From Alphaproteobacteria bacterium (GTDB lineage Bacteria > Pseudomonadota > Alphaproteobacteria > Bin95), in contig CBDBGH010000003.1 in assembly GCA_965205265.1 (NCBI GenBank), forward strand, positions 64,001 through 128,000: DNA of 64,000 nt, in the 5' to 3' direction. Position numbers and translations under genes: made by a program. This document shows positions 49,998-60,294 of this stretch, piece by piece (position 1 is the first letter of the stretch; each line of letters begins with the position of its first letter). Below the pieces are notes generated by a model that did no database searches, was not told the origin of the DNA, and worked only from the letters and a program-made list of their open reading frames with translations.

Positions 49998-50609
49998 ATG
50001 GCGATCACGCTTTACCACTGCGCGCAGGCGCGTTCGATGCGCTGCGTGTGGACCCTGGAGGAGATGGGGCTCGACTACAAGCTGGTGACGCTGGAGTTCC
50101 CGCCGCGCGTCCACCACAAGGACTACAAGCAGGTGAACCCGCTCGGCACCGTGCCCTGCCTGATCGACGGCGACGTCTGGATGACGGAGTCGGGCGCGAT
50201 CTGCCATTACCTCGTGGACCGCTACGGCCCGACGCCGCTCCGCGTCGCGGCCGACGAGCCAGACTACCCCCTCTGGCTCGACTGGCTGCACCGCAGCGAC
50301 GCCACCCTCACCTTCCCGCAGACGCTCGTCTTCCGCTACCGCGACCTGGAGCCGGAGGAACGCCGCCTGCCGCAGGTCGTGGAGGACTACCGGCTCTGGT
50401 TCCTCGGCCGGCTGCGGGTGCTGGAGGCGGCGCTGGAGGACCGCGACTATCTCTGCTCGGGGCGTTTCATGATTGCCGATATCGCCATCGTCTGGGCGCT
50501 GCATTTCGCCGGGCGGATCGGCATTGGGGAAGCCTTCACGCCCAATATCCAGGCCTATTGGGACCGCACCACCGCTCGCCCCGCCTTCGCCCGCGCCGCC
50601 GCGCTTTGA
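49998..50609 (+). CDS. Glutathione S-transferase
   Basis: ARSMR, NPLGTVP, ESGAI, FMIADI, ARPAF. Confidence 0.9.
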   Translation: MAITLYHCAQARSMRCVWTLEEMGLDYKLVTLEFPPRVHHKDYKQVNPLGTVPCLIDGDVWMTESGAICHYLVDRYGPTPLRVAADEPDYPLWLDWLHRSDATLTFPQTLVFRYRDLEPEERRLPQVVEDYRLWFLGRLRVLEAALEDRDYLCSGRFMIADIAIVWALHFAGRIGIGEAFTPNIQAYWDRTTARPAFARAAAL

Positions 50610-50686
50610 ACCGGAAACATCCGTCGGGCAAAGAGGGCCTGTTGGACCGGGCGCTGTATCGGCGACCCCGGATGCGGGGAATTTGA

Positions 50687-51412
50687 ATGCGGCTTGTCGC
50701 CTGGAACTGCAATGGTGCGCTGCATCGGAAATTCGAAGCGCTTCTGGCGCTGGGGCCGGATATTGCGGTCATATCCGAATGCGCCGACCCGGAGGTGCTG
50801 GGCAGCAAATGCAGCCTTCCGGCTTTTTCCGCTTCGCCGGTCTGGACCGGTCGGAACCGGAACAGGGGACTGGCGGTCTTCTTCTTCAACGGGTCGCGCG
50901 GATGCATTCACGGTCGATTCAGGACGGATCTGCAATGGATAACTCCGGTCGAAGTCCACGCGCCGCGGCGCTTCAATCTTCTCGCCGTGCTGGCGCATAC
51001 CTTCGGTCTCCGCAAGGCGGAAGCGGGACCGGTGAACGAGGCGCTCGACTTCTACCGTCAGTTCCTGACCGGGGAAGACGCCGTGCTTGCCGGTGACTTC
51101 AACCACAATGTCATCTGGGACAAGCGGGGATGGGCAGGCAATCACCGGGACACGGTTGACGTTCTCGATGGCTGCGGTCTGGTCAGCGCCTATCATGCAG
51201 CGACCGGCGAGCCGCAGGGAGAGGAAGGTGCGGCGACGATCTATTGGCGCGACCGCAGGAAGGACGGACCGACCTATCACATCGACTACATCTTTATCCC
51301 GCGGACATGGGCCGCAAGACCGTTCGATTTGCGGGTTGAGCCGTTCGAGAACTGGGTAGGAGAAGGATTGAGCGACCACGTGCCGCTGGTCCTCGACATT
51401 CGAAACGGCTGA
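50687..51412 (+). CDS. Endonuclease/exonuclease/phosphatase-family protein
   Basis: AWNC, ISEC, AGDFN, HIDYIF, SDHVPL. Confidence 0.88.
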   Translation: MRLVAWNCNGALHRKFEALLALGPDIAVISECADPEVLGSKCSLPAFSASPVWTGRNRNRGLAVFFFNGSRGCIHGRFRTDLQWITPVEVHAPRRFNLLAVLAHTFGLRKAEAGPVNEALDFYRQFLTGEDAVLAGDFNHNVIWDKRGWAGNHRDTVDVLDGCGLVSAYHAATGEPQGEEGAATIYWRDRRKDGPTYHIDYIFIPRTWAARPFDLRVEPFENWVGEGLSDHVPLVLDIRNG

Positions 51413-51552
51413 CCGAGGCTCAGGCCGGCATATCCCGCCCATCGCCCTTCGTTAAACGATGTTGACGAACCCTCGCCGGCGCGGCCGGATATCGCCAGTC
51501 GGTCAACGAGTGCGGGGCGCCGGCGCGCCCGGCCTGCTGCGAGTACACGGCC

Positions 51553-52668
51553 ATGGCTGCTGCGCCCCGTTTCACCCGCCTGGTCGAGAGCCTGCCCTCG
51601 ACGATCCCCTTCGTCGGACCGGAGACGCTGGAGCGCCGCCTGGGGGAGGCGTTCCGCGTCCGCGTCGGCGCGAACGAGAGCGCCTTCGGCATTTCCCCAA
51701 GAGCGGCCGAAGTCATGCGCGAAGCCGTCGGCAATGTCTCCTGGTACAACGACCCGGAGGGCTATGAGCTCCGCAGCGCCATTGCCGCGCTGCACGGCGT
51801 TTCCATCGACGAAGTGCTGCTGGGCGCGGGCATCGACGAGATGCTGGGCAATGTCGTGCGCATGGTCGTCGAGCCGGGGCAGCCGGTCATTACCTCGCTC
51901 GGCGCCTATCCGACCTTCAACTACCATGTTGCCGGCTTCGGCGGGGTGCTGGAAGCGGTGCCCTACCGCGACGACCTGATCGACCTGGAAGCCCTGCTCG
52001 ACGCCGTGCGCCGGCTGGAGGCGCCGCTCGTTTTCCTCGCCAATCCCGACAACCCGATGGGCACCTGGCACGACGCGGCCGCGGTGCGCGCCTTCATCGA
52101 CGAGCTGCCGGAATGGACGCTGCTGGTGCTGGACGAGGCCTATATCGAGTTTGCGCCCGCCTCGGCGGTGTTCCCCATCGAAGCGGATGACCCGCGCGTC
52201 ATCCGCATGCGCACCTTCTCCAAGGCGCATGGCATGGCGGGAGCCCGCATCGGCTATGCCATCGCGCCTGCCCGGACCATCGGCGGCCTCGGGCGCATCC
52301 GCAACCATTTCGGCGTCAACCGCATCGCGCAGGCCGGCGCGCTTGCCTCGCTCCATGACACGGATTTCATCGCCTCCGTGGTCCGGGACGTCGAGCGCGG
52401 GCGCAACGAATACTACGCGCTCGCCCAGCGGCTCGGGCTCTCCACCGTGCAGTCCGCGACCAACTTCGTCGCTATCGACATGGGCGGCGACGGCGAGAAG
52501 GCCCGCGCGGTGCTGGCGCGGCTGCAGGACGAAGGCGTGTTCGTGCGCATGCCGGGCGTCGCCCCGCTCGACCGCTGCATCCGGGTGACGGTGGGAACGG
52601 CGGAGGAACGCGCGCTGTTCGCGGAAGTCTTCGAGGCCGTGGCCGCCGAATTCACGGGGCAAGGCTGA
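51553..52668 (+). CDS. Class I/II PLP aminotransferase (HisC-like)
   Basis: GANES, ANPDNPMG, LDEAY, RTFSKAHGMAGARIGY, RVTVG. Confidence 0.9.
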   Translation: MAAAPRFTRLVESLPSTIPFVGPETLERRLGEAFRVRVGANESAFGISPRAAEVMREAVGNVSWYNDPEGYELRSAIAALHGVSIDEVLLGAGIDEMLGNVVRMVVEPGQPVITSLGAYPTFNYHVAGFGGVLEAVPYRDDLIDLEALLDAVRRLEAPLVFLANPDNPMGTWHDAAAVRAFIDELPEWTLLVLDEAYIEFAPASAVFPIEADDPRVIRMRTFSKAHGMAGARIGYAIAPARTIGGLGRIRNHFGVNRIAQAGALASLHDTDFIASVVRDVERGRNEYYALAQRLGLSTVQSATNFVAIDMGGDGEKARAVLARLQDEGVFVRMPGVAPLDRCIRVTVGTAEERALFAEVFEAVAAEFTGQG

Positions 52669-52741
52669 GCGCCGGGTTTGATTCGATCTTTCGCTCTACG
52701 GTTTTGTTCGCTTATTTATTGTGATAATTCCAACAATATTA

Positions 52742-52769
52742 TTGACATTTGGAAATCATATGTTACATT
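52742..52769 (+). promoter_or_regulatory. Strong sigma70-type promoter TTGACA-N16-(TGT)TACATT
   Basis: Consensus -35 and extended -10 inside a markedly AT-rich island (52680-52770). Confidence 0.75.
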
Positions 52770-52775
52770 AGGGTG

Positions 52776-53045
52776 GAGAAAGGGAGCGGCATCCGGAGCC
52801 GCTTCCCGCCCGCGCCGGTCCGGTGCGGAACGACCCCGATTCAGCCGACAGGCGAAGTGCGTCCGGCGCCTGCCTCGCGCGCGGGGGCGCATGCGGGCAA
52901 TCAGGCGCGCGAACCGCGCCGGCGCGAAACGCGCGCCCGCGCCGGCACAGGCGCGCGCGCAGGATACGCGCGGTAAAGGGTCCCGCTGTTCGGGCAGGCC
53001 GGGCGGCGGGAAGAACGGAACGACGACGGATGGAGAGGAAGGCCC
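52776..53045 (+). ncRNA. Candidate structured RNA / leader, copy A of a dispersed family
   Basis: Collinear homology to 61695-61967 (minus strand); conserved 5' hairpin; 45-nt core with one mismatch. Confidence 0.5.
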
Positions 53046-53250
53046 ATGCCGAAGACACGAAACCCGGGAAACCGGATGGAATACCCGGAACCGCACCTTC
53101 ATGCTCGAAAAGACAATCGCCCATGCACCATGAACATGCGGATCATGACACAACATGACATAGTCGTGGGGTGCCCGGCATCCAACCGGCCGGAACCCGG
53201 CCGCCTGCTCGCCGATTCCTGTCCGCGAAGGTTGGTATAAGCTGTCTGCC

Positions 53251-54894
53251 ATGAGGGGCGAAGCGGTTCTCGGCGACGGGCGGGTCAGGGCGGACTGGAC
53301 GATGACGCATCTGGTCCGCGCCCGTGCCCGCGAGCACGGGCGGCGGGTGTTCGCGACCTTCGAGGGCGGGGCGGCGCTGACCTTCGCGGGCCTCGACAGC
53401 GAGTCGGACCGGTTCGCCGCCGCGCTCGCTGCCTGCGGGGTCGGCCCCGGCGAGCGGGTGATGGCGTTGCTCGGCAACGGGCCGGAAATCCTCGTCGCCT
53501 TTTTCGGCGCGATGAAGGCGGGCTGCATCATCGTGCCCATCAATACCGAGCTGAAGGGCACATTCCTGGAGCACCAGGTCGGGAATGCGGAACCGGCGAT
53601 GGTCGTGGCCGAGGCCGGCCTGCTGCGCGCGTTCGAGAGCATAGACGGATCGGCGCCGGCGCGGCTGGCCGTCGTCGGAGAGGATGCGCCCGCGGTCCCG
53701 CCGGTGCCCTTCGTCGACAGCGCGGTTTCGAGCTTCGAGGCGTTCCTTGCCGCGGGCGACGGCCATCCCGTTCCGGAGACGGCCGCCCGGCCCGGCGATA
53801 TCTGCGCAATCCTCTACACATCCGGCACGACGGGCCCCGCCAAGGGCGCGCTGATACCGCACGGCCATCTCTTCCTCATGTCCGCGTCGACCGCCCGGGC
53901 GACAGGGCTTACGGGCGACGACCTCTACTACGTGTCCATGCCGCTCTTCCACATCAACGCGCTCTGCGCGCAGACGATCGCGGCGCTGACGGTCGGTGCG
54001 CGCGTGCATGTCGTGCGTCGGTTCAGCCCCAACCGATGGCTGGACGAGGTCATCGCCTGCGGCGCGACGCATACCAACCTGCTGGGCGTCATGCCCGAGT
54101 TCCTGTTCAACACGGCCCCCACGCCGCGCGACCGCGACCATCGCCTGCGCGTGACGCTGTCGGTGCCCACCGGCCCCTGGGGCGCGGCGTTCGAGAAGCG
54201 CTTCGGCCTGCGCATCCTCCAGGGTTTCGGGATGACGGAATGCGGCATGCCGTTCTGGTGCCGGCTCTCGGAACCCGTCGAGTCCGGCTGCGCCGGTTAT
54301 GTGGAGGACCGGTGGTACGAGGCTTGCGTCGCCGATCCCGAGACGGATGCACCGCTGCCTGCGGGCGAGGTCGGCGAACTGCTGATCCGCCCGAAAATGC
54401 CCGGCTGCTTCTTCGCCGGCTACTACCGGATGCCGGAGCGCACCGTCGAGGCCTGGCGCAATCTCTGGTTCCACACCGGCGACGCCGCGCGGTTCGACGA
54501 GCGCGGGCGCCTGCACTATGTGGACCGACTCAAGGACTGTATCCGCCGGCGCGGCGAGAACATTTCGGCCTTCGAGGTCGAGCAGGTGCTGAATGCGCAC
54601 CCCGCCATCGCCGAAAGCGCCGTGATCGGCGTCCGGGTGGAGGGCGCGGGCGGCGAGGAGGAGGTGCTGGCGCTGCTGCTGCCGGAGAACGGCGCGCGGT
54701 TGGAGCCCTCGGAGCTGCTGGACTGGTGCGTGCCCCGCATGCCGCGCTACGCCGTGCCGCGTTTCGTGGATTTCGTCGGCGGTTTCGAGAAGACTGCATC
54801 CGGCAAGCTGCGCAAGGGCGAGTTCCGCGACGCCGGCCTGCCGCCCGGCGCCTGGGACCGGGAACAGGCCGGCTACACCATCGCCCGGCAATAG
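53251..54894 (+). CDS. AMP-dependent CoA ligase (CaiC-like)
   Basis: YTSGTTGPAKG, PLFHINA, FGMTE, WFHTGD, RRRGENIS, TASGK. Confidence 0.92.
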   Translation: MRGEAVLGDGRVRADWTMTHLVRARAREHGRRVFATFEGGAALTFAGLDSESDRFAAALAACGVGPGERVMALLGNGPEILVAFFGAMKAGCIIVPINTELKGTFLEHQVGNAEPAMVVAEAGLLRAFESIDGSAPARLAVVGEDAPAVPPVPFVDSAVSSFEAFLAAGDGHPVPETAARPGDICAILYTSGTTGPAKGALIPHGHLFLMSASTARATGLTGDDLYYVSMPLFHINALCAQTIAALTVGARVHVVRRFSPNRWLDEVIACGATHTNLLGVMPEFLFNTAPTPRDRDHRLRVTLSVPTGPWGAAFEKRFGLRILQGFGMTECGMPFWCRLSEPVESGCAGYVEDRWYEACVADPETDAPLPAGEVGELLIRPKMPGCFFAGYYRMPERTVEAWRNLWFHTGDAARFDERGRLHYVDRLKDCIRRRGENISAFEVEQVLNAHPAIAESAVIGVRVEGAGGEEEVLALLLPENGARLEPSELLDWCVPRMPRYAVPRFVDFVGGFEKTASGKLRKGEFRDAGLPPGAWDREQAGYTIARQ

Positions 54895-54920
54895 GGCGGG
54901 CCAAGGGAGGGTTGAGGACC

Positions 54921-56513
54921 ATGCAAGCCGATTATGTGATCGTGGGGGCGGGGTCCGCCGGATGCGTGCTCGCCGAGCGGCTGAGCGCGGGCGGCGCGGA
55001 AGTCGTGCTGCTGGAAGCGGGCGGCAAGGATACGAACCCGCTGATCCATGTCCCGGCGGGCGTGCTCAAGCTGATTACCCATCCGGTCGTCAACTGGAAC
55101 TACTACACCGAGCCGGACGAGAAGACAGGCGGGCGGTCGCTGCATTGCCCGCGCGGCAAGGTGCTGGGCGGGTCGTCCTCGATCAACGGCATGCTGTTCA
55201 TCCGCGGCAATGCCGCCGACTACGACAACTGGGCGCAACTGGGCGCGCGCGGCTGGTCCTACGATGACGTGAAGCAGCACTTCAGGAGCATCGAGCGCTA
55301 CGGGCCGGGCGATCCCGGCGAGCGCGGCAAGTCGGGCCCGATCCTGGTCGAGGACTACCGGACGATCCTGCCGCTCACGCACCGCTTCGTCGAGGCGGCC
55401 CAGCAGGCGGGCCACCCCTTTTCGAGGGATCTGAGCGGCCGGCCGCCGGCGGAGGGCGTGGGCTATTCGCAGATGTCGCGCAACGGGCGCTTCCGGGGTT
55501 CCACGGCGCGCACCTTCCTGCGCGATGCGCGCGGGCGGACCAATCTGCGCGTCGTGACCGACGCCTATGCGACCGGGCTTGCCTTCGACGGCAGGCGCTG
55601 CACGGGCGTCGCCTTCCGGCAGCGGGGCAGGGACCGACAGGTGACGGCGGCGCGCGAGGTGATCGTTTCGGGCGGCACCGTCAACTCGCCGCATCTCCTG
55701 CATATCTCCGGCATCGGCCCGGCGGAGCGGCTCAGGGAGATCGGCATCGAGGTCCGCCACGACCTGCCGGGCGTCGGCGCGAACTATTCGGACCACTACA
55801 CCGTGCGCATCTCGCACCGGGTGCGCGGCCAGCAGTCGATCAACCGACTTGCGCGCGGCTGGCGTCTGGCGCGCGAGATGGCGCGGTTTGCGCTGTTCGG
55901 CAACGGCGCGCTCACCTTCGGCGTCTCCAGCGCGCAATGCTACACGCGCTCGCGCGAGGGGCTGGCCTCGCCCGATATCCAGCTCCTGTTCACGCCGGCG
56001 AGCTTCGACGAGAACGAGTTCGGCGCGCTGGAGCGCGAGCCCGGCATGTCGGTCGCGGTCTCGATCGCGCGCCCCTCCTCGCGCGGGGAAATCATGGCGG
56101 TGTCCTCAGATCCCTTCGAGCGGCCGGCGATCCGCCCCAATTTCCTCGACGACCCGGACGACATGCGCGTCGCGCTGGAGGGCATCCGCCAGACGCGGGA
56201 AATCCTCGCCCAGCCGGCCTTCGAGGGTGTCACCCAGGGGGAGGTATCGCCGGGGCCGGAGGTGGACGGCCAGGAGGCGCTTGAGGACTTCGTGCGCCAG
56301 ACCGGGCGGACGATCTACCACATGGTCGGCACCTGCCGGATGGGCGAGGACCCGATGGCGGTGGTCGATTCGCGCCTGCGCGTGCGCGGGCTGGAAGGGC
56401 TCCGCGTGATCGACGCCTCGGTCATGCCCGCCGTCACCACCGCCAACACCAACGCCCCCACCATCATGATCGCCGAAAAGGGTGCGGGGATGATTCTGGA
56501 GGATAATCGTTAG
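54921..56513 (+). CDS. GMC oxidoreductase (choline dehydrogenase-like)
   Basis: Real start ATG 54921; [37 protein letters not shown]. Confidence 0.93.
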   Translation: MQADYVIVGAGSAGCVLAERLSAGGAEVVLLEAGGKDTNPLIHVPAGVLKLITHPVVNWNYYTEPDEKTGGRSLHCPRGKVLGGSSSINGMLFIRGNAADYDNWAQLGARGWSYDDVKQHFRSIERYGPGDPGERGKSGPILVEDYRTILPLTHRFVEAAQQAGHPFSRDLSGRPPAEGVGYSQMSRNGRFRGSTARTFLRDARGRTNLRVVTDAYATGLAFDGRRCTGVAFRQRGRDRQVTAAREVIVSGGTVNSPHLLHISGIGPAERLREIGIEVRHDLPGVGANYSDHYTVRISHRVRGQQSINRLARGWRLAREMARFALFGNGALTFGVSSAQCYTRSREGLASPDIQLLFTPASFDENEFGALEREPGMSVAVSIARPSSRGEIMAVSSDPFERPAIRPNFLDDPDDMRVALEGIRQTREILAQPAFEGVTQGEVSPGPEVDGQEALEDFVRQTGRTIYHMVGTCRMGEDPMAVVDSRLRVRGLEGLRVIDASVMPAVTTANTNAPTIMIAEKGAGMILEDNR

Positions 56514-56519
56514 GGCGGG

Positions 56520-57878
56520 CTAACCTCCGTCGGGATGCCCGGACGCCCTGTCGGTCGCGAAGGCGAGCGCCAGGGCGGCCAGGACCGGCACGGCAGCGGA
56601 GCCGAGGAACACGGCGGCGAAGGCGTAGAGGAACCCGCTGCCGACGGTGTTGAAGGCGAGCATCAGCCCGGTTGCGCCCAGCACCACGCCGAGCGTGCGC
56701 GTCATCATGACGAGGCTGCCGGCCACGCCCCGGTCCGCCAGCGGCAGGCTCGCGCTCGCGACCTCCAGATAGGCGACCTGGAAGATGCCGAGCCCTGCGC
56801 CGTGGAGCAGCAGTGCGCCCGCGACGAAGGCCATGCCGGGCGCCGCGCCCCAGAGGCCGATGCCGGCAAGCCCGACCGCCACCGCGAGCGCGCCCGCCGC
56901 CGCAATCGACCTGCCGTCGCGGCGCTGCGCCCACCGCCCGGCGAAGGGCGAGGCGAGCGCCATGCCGAGCGGCGAGAGGGCGAGCAGGGCGCCCGCGGTC
57001 AGCACGTCCAGCCCGGCCACCCGGTCAAGCCAGAAGGGCACGAGCAGCATCACCGCGAAGCCGACCAGATTGACCGCGATATTGCTCGCCGCCGGTATGG
57101 AGAAGCCCGGCCGGCGGAAGGGCGCCAGGCGGATGATGGGCGAGGGATGGCTGCGGAGCGCGAACCAGGCCCCGGCGGCGAGCGCCGCCAGCAGCAGGGC
57201 TGCGCCGAACCAGCCGCCGCTCGCCGCCCGGTTGATGCCGAGCAGGAGGCAGCCGAGCGCGAGGACCAGCAGCAGGGCGCCCACCGCGTCGAACCGGGGC
57301 ACGCCTCCGCCTGCGGCGGCCGCGGGCGGCGCGCGGAACAGTAGCAGGGCGGCGAGCGCGATCGGGGCGCGGAACCAGAACACGCCGGCCCAGCCCATCG
57401 CGTCCACCAGCAGGCCGCCGAGCGAGGGGCCGACGGCGCCGCCGAGCGCGAACAGCAGCGTGTAGGCGCCGAGCACCCGCGCGCGGGAGGATTCCGGGAA
57501 ATAGGCCGTCGCCAGCGCCGGGCCGACGGCGAGCACCATCGCGGTGCCGACGCCCTGGGCGACGCGCGCCGCGAGCAGGATTTCGAAGGCGGGCGCGAGC
57601 GCGCAGGCGATGAAGGCCGCCACGCTCCAGGCAAGCCCGATGCGGAAGAGCCGCGCATGGCCGAATAGGTCGCCGAGGCGCCCGCAGACCAGCATCAGGC
57701 TCGCATAGGTCAGCACGTAGCAGATGACGACCCACTGGATGTCGCCGAGCTCGATGCCGAGGCTGCGGACGATGTCGGGGAAGGCGATGTTGACGGCCGT
57801 GTCGAGCGAGCCGATGGCCGTGCCGAGGCCGACGACGGTGACGCCGAGCGCCGGCCGCATGCCGGGAGCCGTCGTCAT
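56520..57878 (-). CDS. MFS transporter (DHA2-like)
   Basis: LDTAVNIAFP, GRLGDLFG, ARVAQGVG, GPSLGG. Confidence 0.88.
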   Translation of the reverse strand: MTTAPGMRPALGVTVVGLGTAIGSLDTAVNIAFPDIVRSLGIELGDIQWVVICYVLTYASLMLVCGRLGDLFGHARLFRIGLAWSVAAFIACALAPAFEILLAARVAQGVGTAMVLAVGPALATAYFPESSRARVLGAYTLLFALGGAVGPSLGGLLVDAMGWAGVFWFRAPIALAALLLFRAPPAAAAGGGVPRFDAVGALLLVLALGCLLLGINRAASGGWFGAALLLAALAAGAWFALRSHPSPIIRLAPFRRPGFSIPAASNIAVNLVGFAVMLLVPFWLDRVAGLDVLTAGALLALSPLGMALASPFAGRWAQRRDGRSIAAAGALAVAVGLAGIGLWGAAPGMAFVAGALLLHGAGLGIFQVAYLEVASASLPLADRGVAGSLVMMTRTLGVVLGATGLMLAFNTVGSGFLYAFAAVFLGSAAVPVLAALALAFATDRASGHPDGG

Positions 57879-57905
57879 CGCACCGCGTGTCCCTTCGGAC
57901 CCGGC

Positions 57906-58991
57906 CTAGCGGAACTTCGGCATGATCTCTTCGGCGAACCGGCGGAAATTGCGCCGGTCCACGGCCTTGGGCGGCAGCAGCACGATCTCCCGGCAGCCGG
58001 CGGCCTCCATCGCCCGGATGCGCTCGACGATCAGGTCCGGCTCGCCGACCAACCCGCCCGTCGCCTGCACCGTGGCGGGCGTAACGAAGCGGTGCTCCGC
58101 CTCCGGCAGATAGGAGCAATGGCCCCGGTGGACGCGGAGATGCATCCGGTCGTCGGGGATGCCGAGGTCCTTCAGGAAGCGGTTGTAGAGCTCCCAGTCG
58201 TCGCGGGCGTAGTCGGGGACGAAACCGTCATGGCCGACGATGCGCGCATGCTCCCACCAGTAGTGCAGGGTCGCGCCCACCTGCGCGCCGATTTCCTCGA
58301 CGATATGCGGGTCGCTCACCTTCTCGCCGGGCTTCATCGCGCAGTAGAAGGTGAGCGTCGAGGCGTGGAAGTCCTCCGGCAGCCTGCGGCCCGCCTTGTC
58401 CGCGCCGGCCTTCACCCGGTCGAGATTGCGCACCATGACGCCGAGCGGCTCCGCGCCCGCGCAGATGCGCCCGTCGCCGAGCTCGCCCGCGATCTCCAGC
58501 GCCCGCGGCCCGTTGGCGGCGACATGGATCGGCACCGGCGGCTCGAAGCCGATGAAGCCCATCTCCCGGTTCTGGAACCGGATCGGCCGCGTCACGCCGT
58601 CATGGGTGAATTCGACCTCCTCGCCGTGGAGGAGCCCGCGCACGACGCGGAGATACTCCCGGAAGGCGGCGGGCTTCATCGGCTTCAGGCCCATGATGCG
58701 CATGGCGGTGTGGCCCGTGCCGATGCCGAGAAAGGCGCGGCCGGGCGCCAGGCGGTTGACGGACGCGATCGAATGCGCCGTCACCGGGGCGAGCCGCGTG
58801 CCCGGTATCGCGACGCCGGTGCCGAGGCGGATGCGCGAGGTGTTGGCGGCCGCCAGCGCCAGCACGGCGTAGCAGTCCGACCAGATCATCTGGCTGTCCG
58901 GCGCCCAGCCTGAGTCGTAGCCGAGCTCCTCGACGAGCTGCAGCGTCTGCCACTCGTCGATCTTGGTGTTGACCATCGCGCCGAACTGCAT
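57906..58991 (-). CDS. LLM-class flavin-dependent oxidoreductase
   Basis: ELGYDSGW, TSRIRLGTGV, LGIGTG, AANGPRALEIAGELGDG, FAEEIMP. Confidence 0.9.
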   Translation of the reverse strand: MQFGAMVNTKIDEWQTLQLVEELGYDSGWAPDSQMIWSDCYAVLALAAANTSRIRLGTGVAIPGTRLAPVTAHSIASVNRLAPGRAFLGIGTGHTAMRIMGLKPMKPAAFREYLRVVRGLLHGEEVEFTHDGVTRPIRFQNREMGFIGFEPPVPIHVAANGPRALEIAGELGDGRICAGAEPLGVMVRNLDRVKAGADKAGRRLPEDFHASTLTFYCAMKPGEKVSDPHIVEEIGAQVGATLHYWWEHARIVGHDGFVPDYARDDWELYNRFLKDLGIPDDRMHLRVHRGHCSYLPEAEHRFVTPATVQATGGLVGEPDLIVERIRAMEAAGCREIVLLPPKAVDRRNFRRFAEEIMPKFR

Positions 58992-59118
58992 GGGGGCTTC
59001 CTTCCATCGGACGGCGGGGACTATAGCGCGCCGTTGCCGGCGCGGCGGAATTCCGGTTTCTTCGGGGCCCGTATATCCTTGTGCGACGAACGGCTCCCGG
59101 AGGCGGAGGGACGGACCG

Positions 59119-60258
59119 ATGGCGATTGCCGAGCCCGCATTCACCCTGGGCGTGGAGGAAGAATATCTCCTGGTCGATGCGGAGACGGGCGCGCTCGCTT
59201 CCGACCCGCCGGAGGGCCTGATCGACGAATGCGTGAGCGCGCTCGGCGACCAAGTGACGAATGAGTTCCTCCAGGCCCAGGTCGAGATCGGCACGAAGGT
59301 GTGCGGGGATATCGGCGGGGTGCGGGCGGAGCTGCGCCGGCTCAGGAGCGGCGTCGCGCGGGCCTGCGGCAATCACGGCCTCGCCCCGGTCGCGGCCTCG
59401 ACGCACCCGTTCGGCGACTGGCGCCAGCAGGACTATGTCCACAAGGAGCGCTATGAGGGCCTCGCCCATGACATGCAGGCCGTGGCCTACCGCATGCTCA
59501 TCTGCGGCATGCACGTCCATGTCGGCATAGAGGACGAGGAGCTGCGGATCGACCTGATGAATCAGGCCCGCTACTTCCTGCCGCACCTGCTCTGCCTGAC
59601 GGCCTCCTCGCCCTTCTGGCAGGGGCAGGATACGGGGCTGGCGTCCTACCGGCTGACGGTGTTCGACGCCATGCCGCGCACCGGCCTGCCGGAGCCGCTG
59701 GTGAGCTGGAGCGAATACCAGCGGCTGATCGAACACATGACGAGCTCGGGCCTGCTGGAGGACGGCTCCAAGATCTGGTGGGACCTCCGCCCGAGCTCGC
59801 GCTTCCCGACGCTGGAAATGCGCATCTGCGACGTCTGCCCCGACATGGAGGACGCGCTCACCGTCGCCGCGCTCTTCCAGTGCATCCTGCGCATGCTCTA
59901 CCGCCTGCGGCTCTCCAACCAGCGCTGGCGCGACTACCCCAACATGCTCATCCAGGAGAACCGCTGGCTGGCGCAGCGCTACGGCAGCCGCAGCCGGCTG
60001 GTCGATTTCGGCAAGCGCGCGCTCGTCCCCTTCGCCGACCTTGTGGAGGAGGTGCTGGAGCTGGTGCGCGAGGACGCCGACGCGCTCGGCTGCACCGCGG
60101 AGGTGGAGCGCGCGCGCCGGATCGCGGCCCGCGGCACCTCGGCCGAGCGCCAGCGCGCCGCCTATGCGGCCGCCGGCGGCGATGCCGACAGCGATGCGGC
60201 GCTCCGCGCGGTGGTGCGCGCGCTGGCGGCGGAAACGGTGAGCGGCCTCGACGGCTGA
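59119..60258 (+). CDS. Carboxylate-amine ligase (YbdK/GCS2 family)
   Basis: GVEEEY, QVEIGT, STHPF, GMHVHVG, WWDLRP, EMRICD. Confidence 0.92.
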   Translation: MAIAEPAFTLGVEEEYLLVDAETGALASDPPEGLIDECVSALGDQVTNEFLQAQVEIGTKVCGDIGGVRAELRRLRSGVARACGNHGLAPVAASTHPFGDWRQQDYVHKERYEGLAHDMQAVAYRMLICGMHVHVGIEDEELRIDLMNQARYFLPHLLCLTASSPFWQGQDTGLASYRLTVFDAMPRTGLPEPLVSWSEYQRLIEHMTSSGLLEDGSKIWWDLRPSSRFPTLEMRICDVCPDMEDALTVAALFQCILRMLYRLRLSNQRWRDYPNMLIQENRWLAQRYGSRSRLVDFGKRALVPFADLVEEVLELVREDADALGCTAEVERARRIAARGTSAERQRAAYAAAGGDADSDAALRAVVRALAAETVSGLDG

Positions 60259-60294
60259 TATAGTCGCCACCGACCGCAAGGAGCCCGGTCCCCC

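Noticed and set aside
52695-52720. Full LexA box at promoter A
   Set aside because: Only the TTTTGTTC half site is present; no second GTTC-like tetramer at 7-nt spacing
53046-53240. Conserved small protein downstream of elements A and B (also 61527-61692)
   Set aside because: The peptides are unrelated; the shared MTxHD text is only the translation of the CATGACA repeats. Translation itself is not excluded because RBSs are present
54036-56513. 825-aa GMC oxidoreductase with long N-terminal extension
   Set aside because: The extension overlaps the CoA ligase out of frame; the true start is 54921
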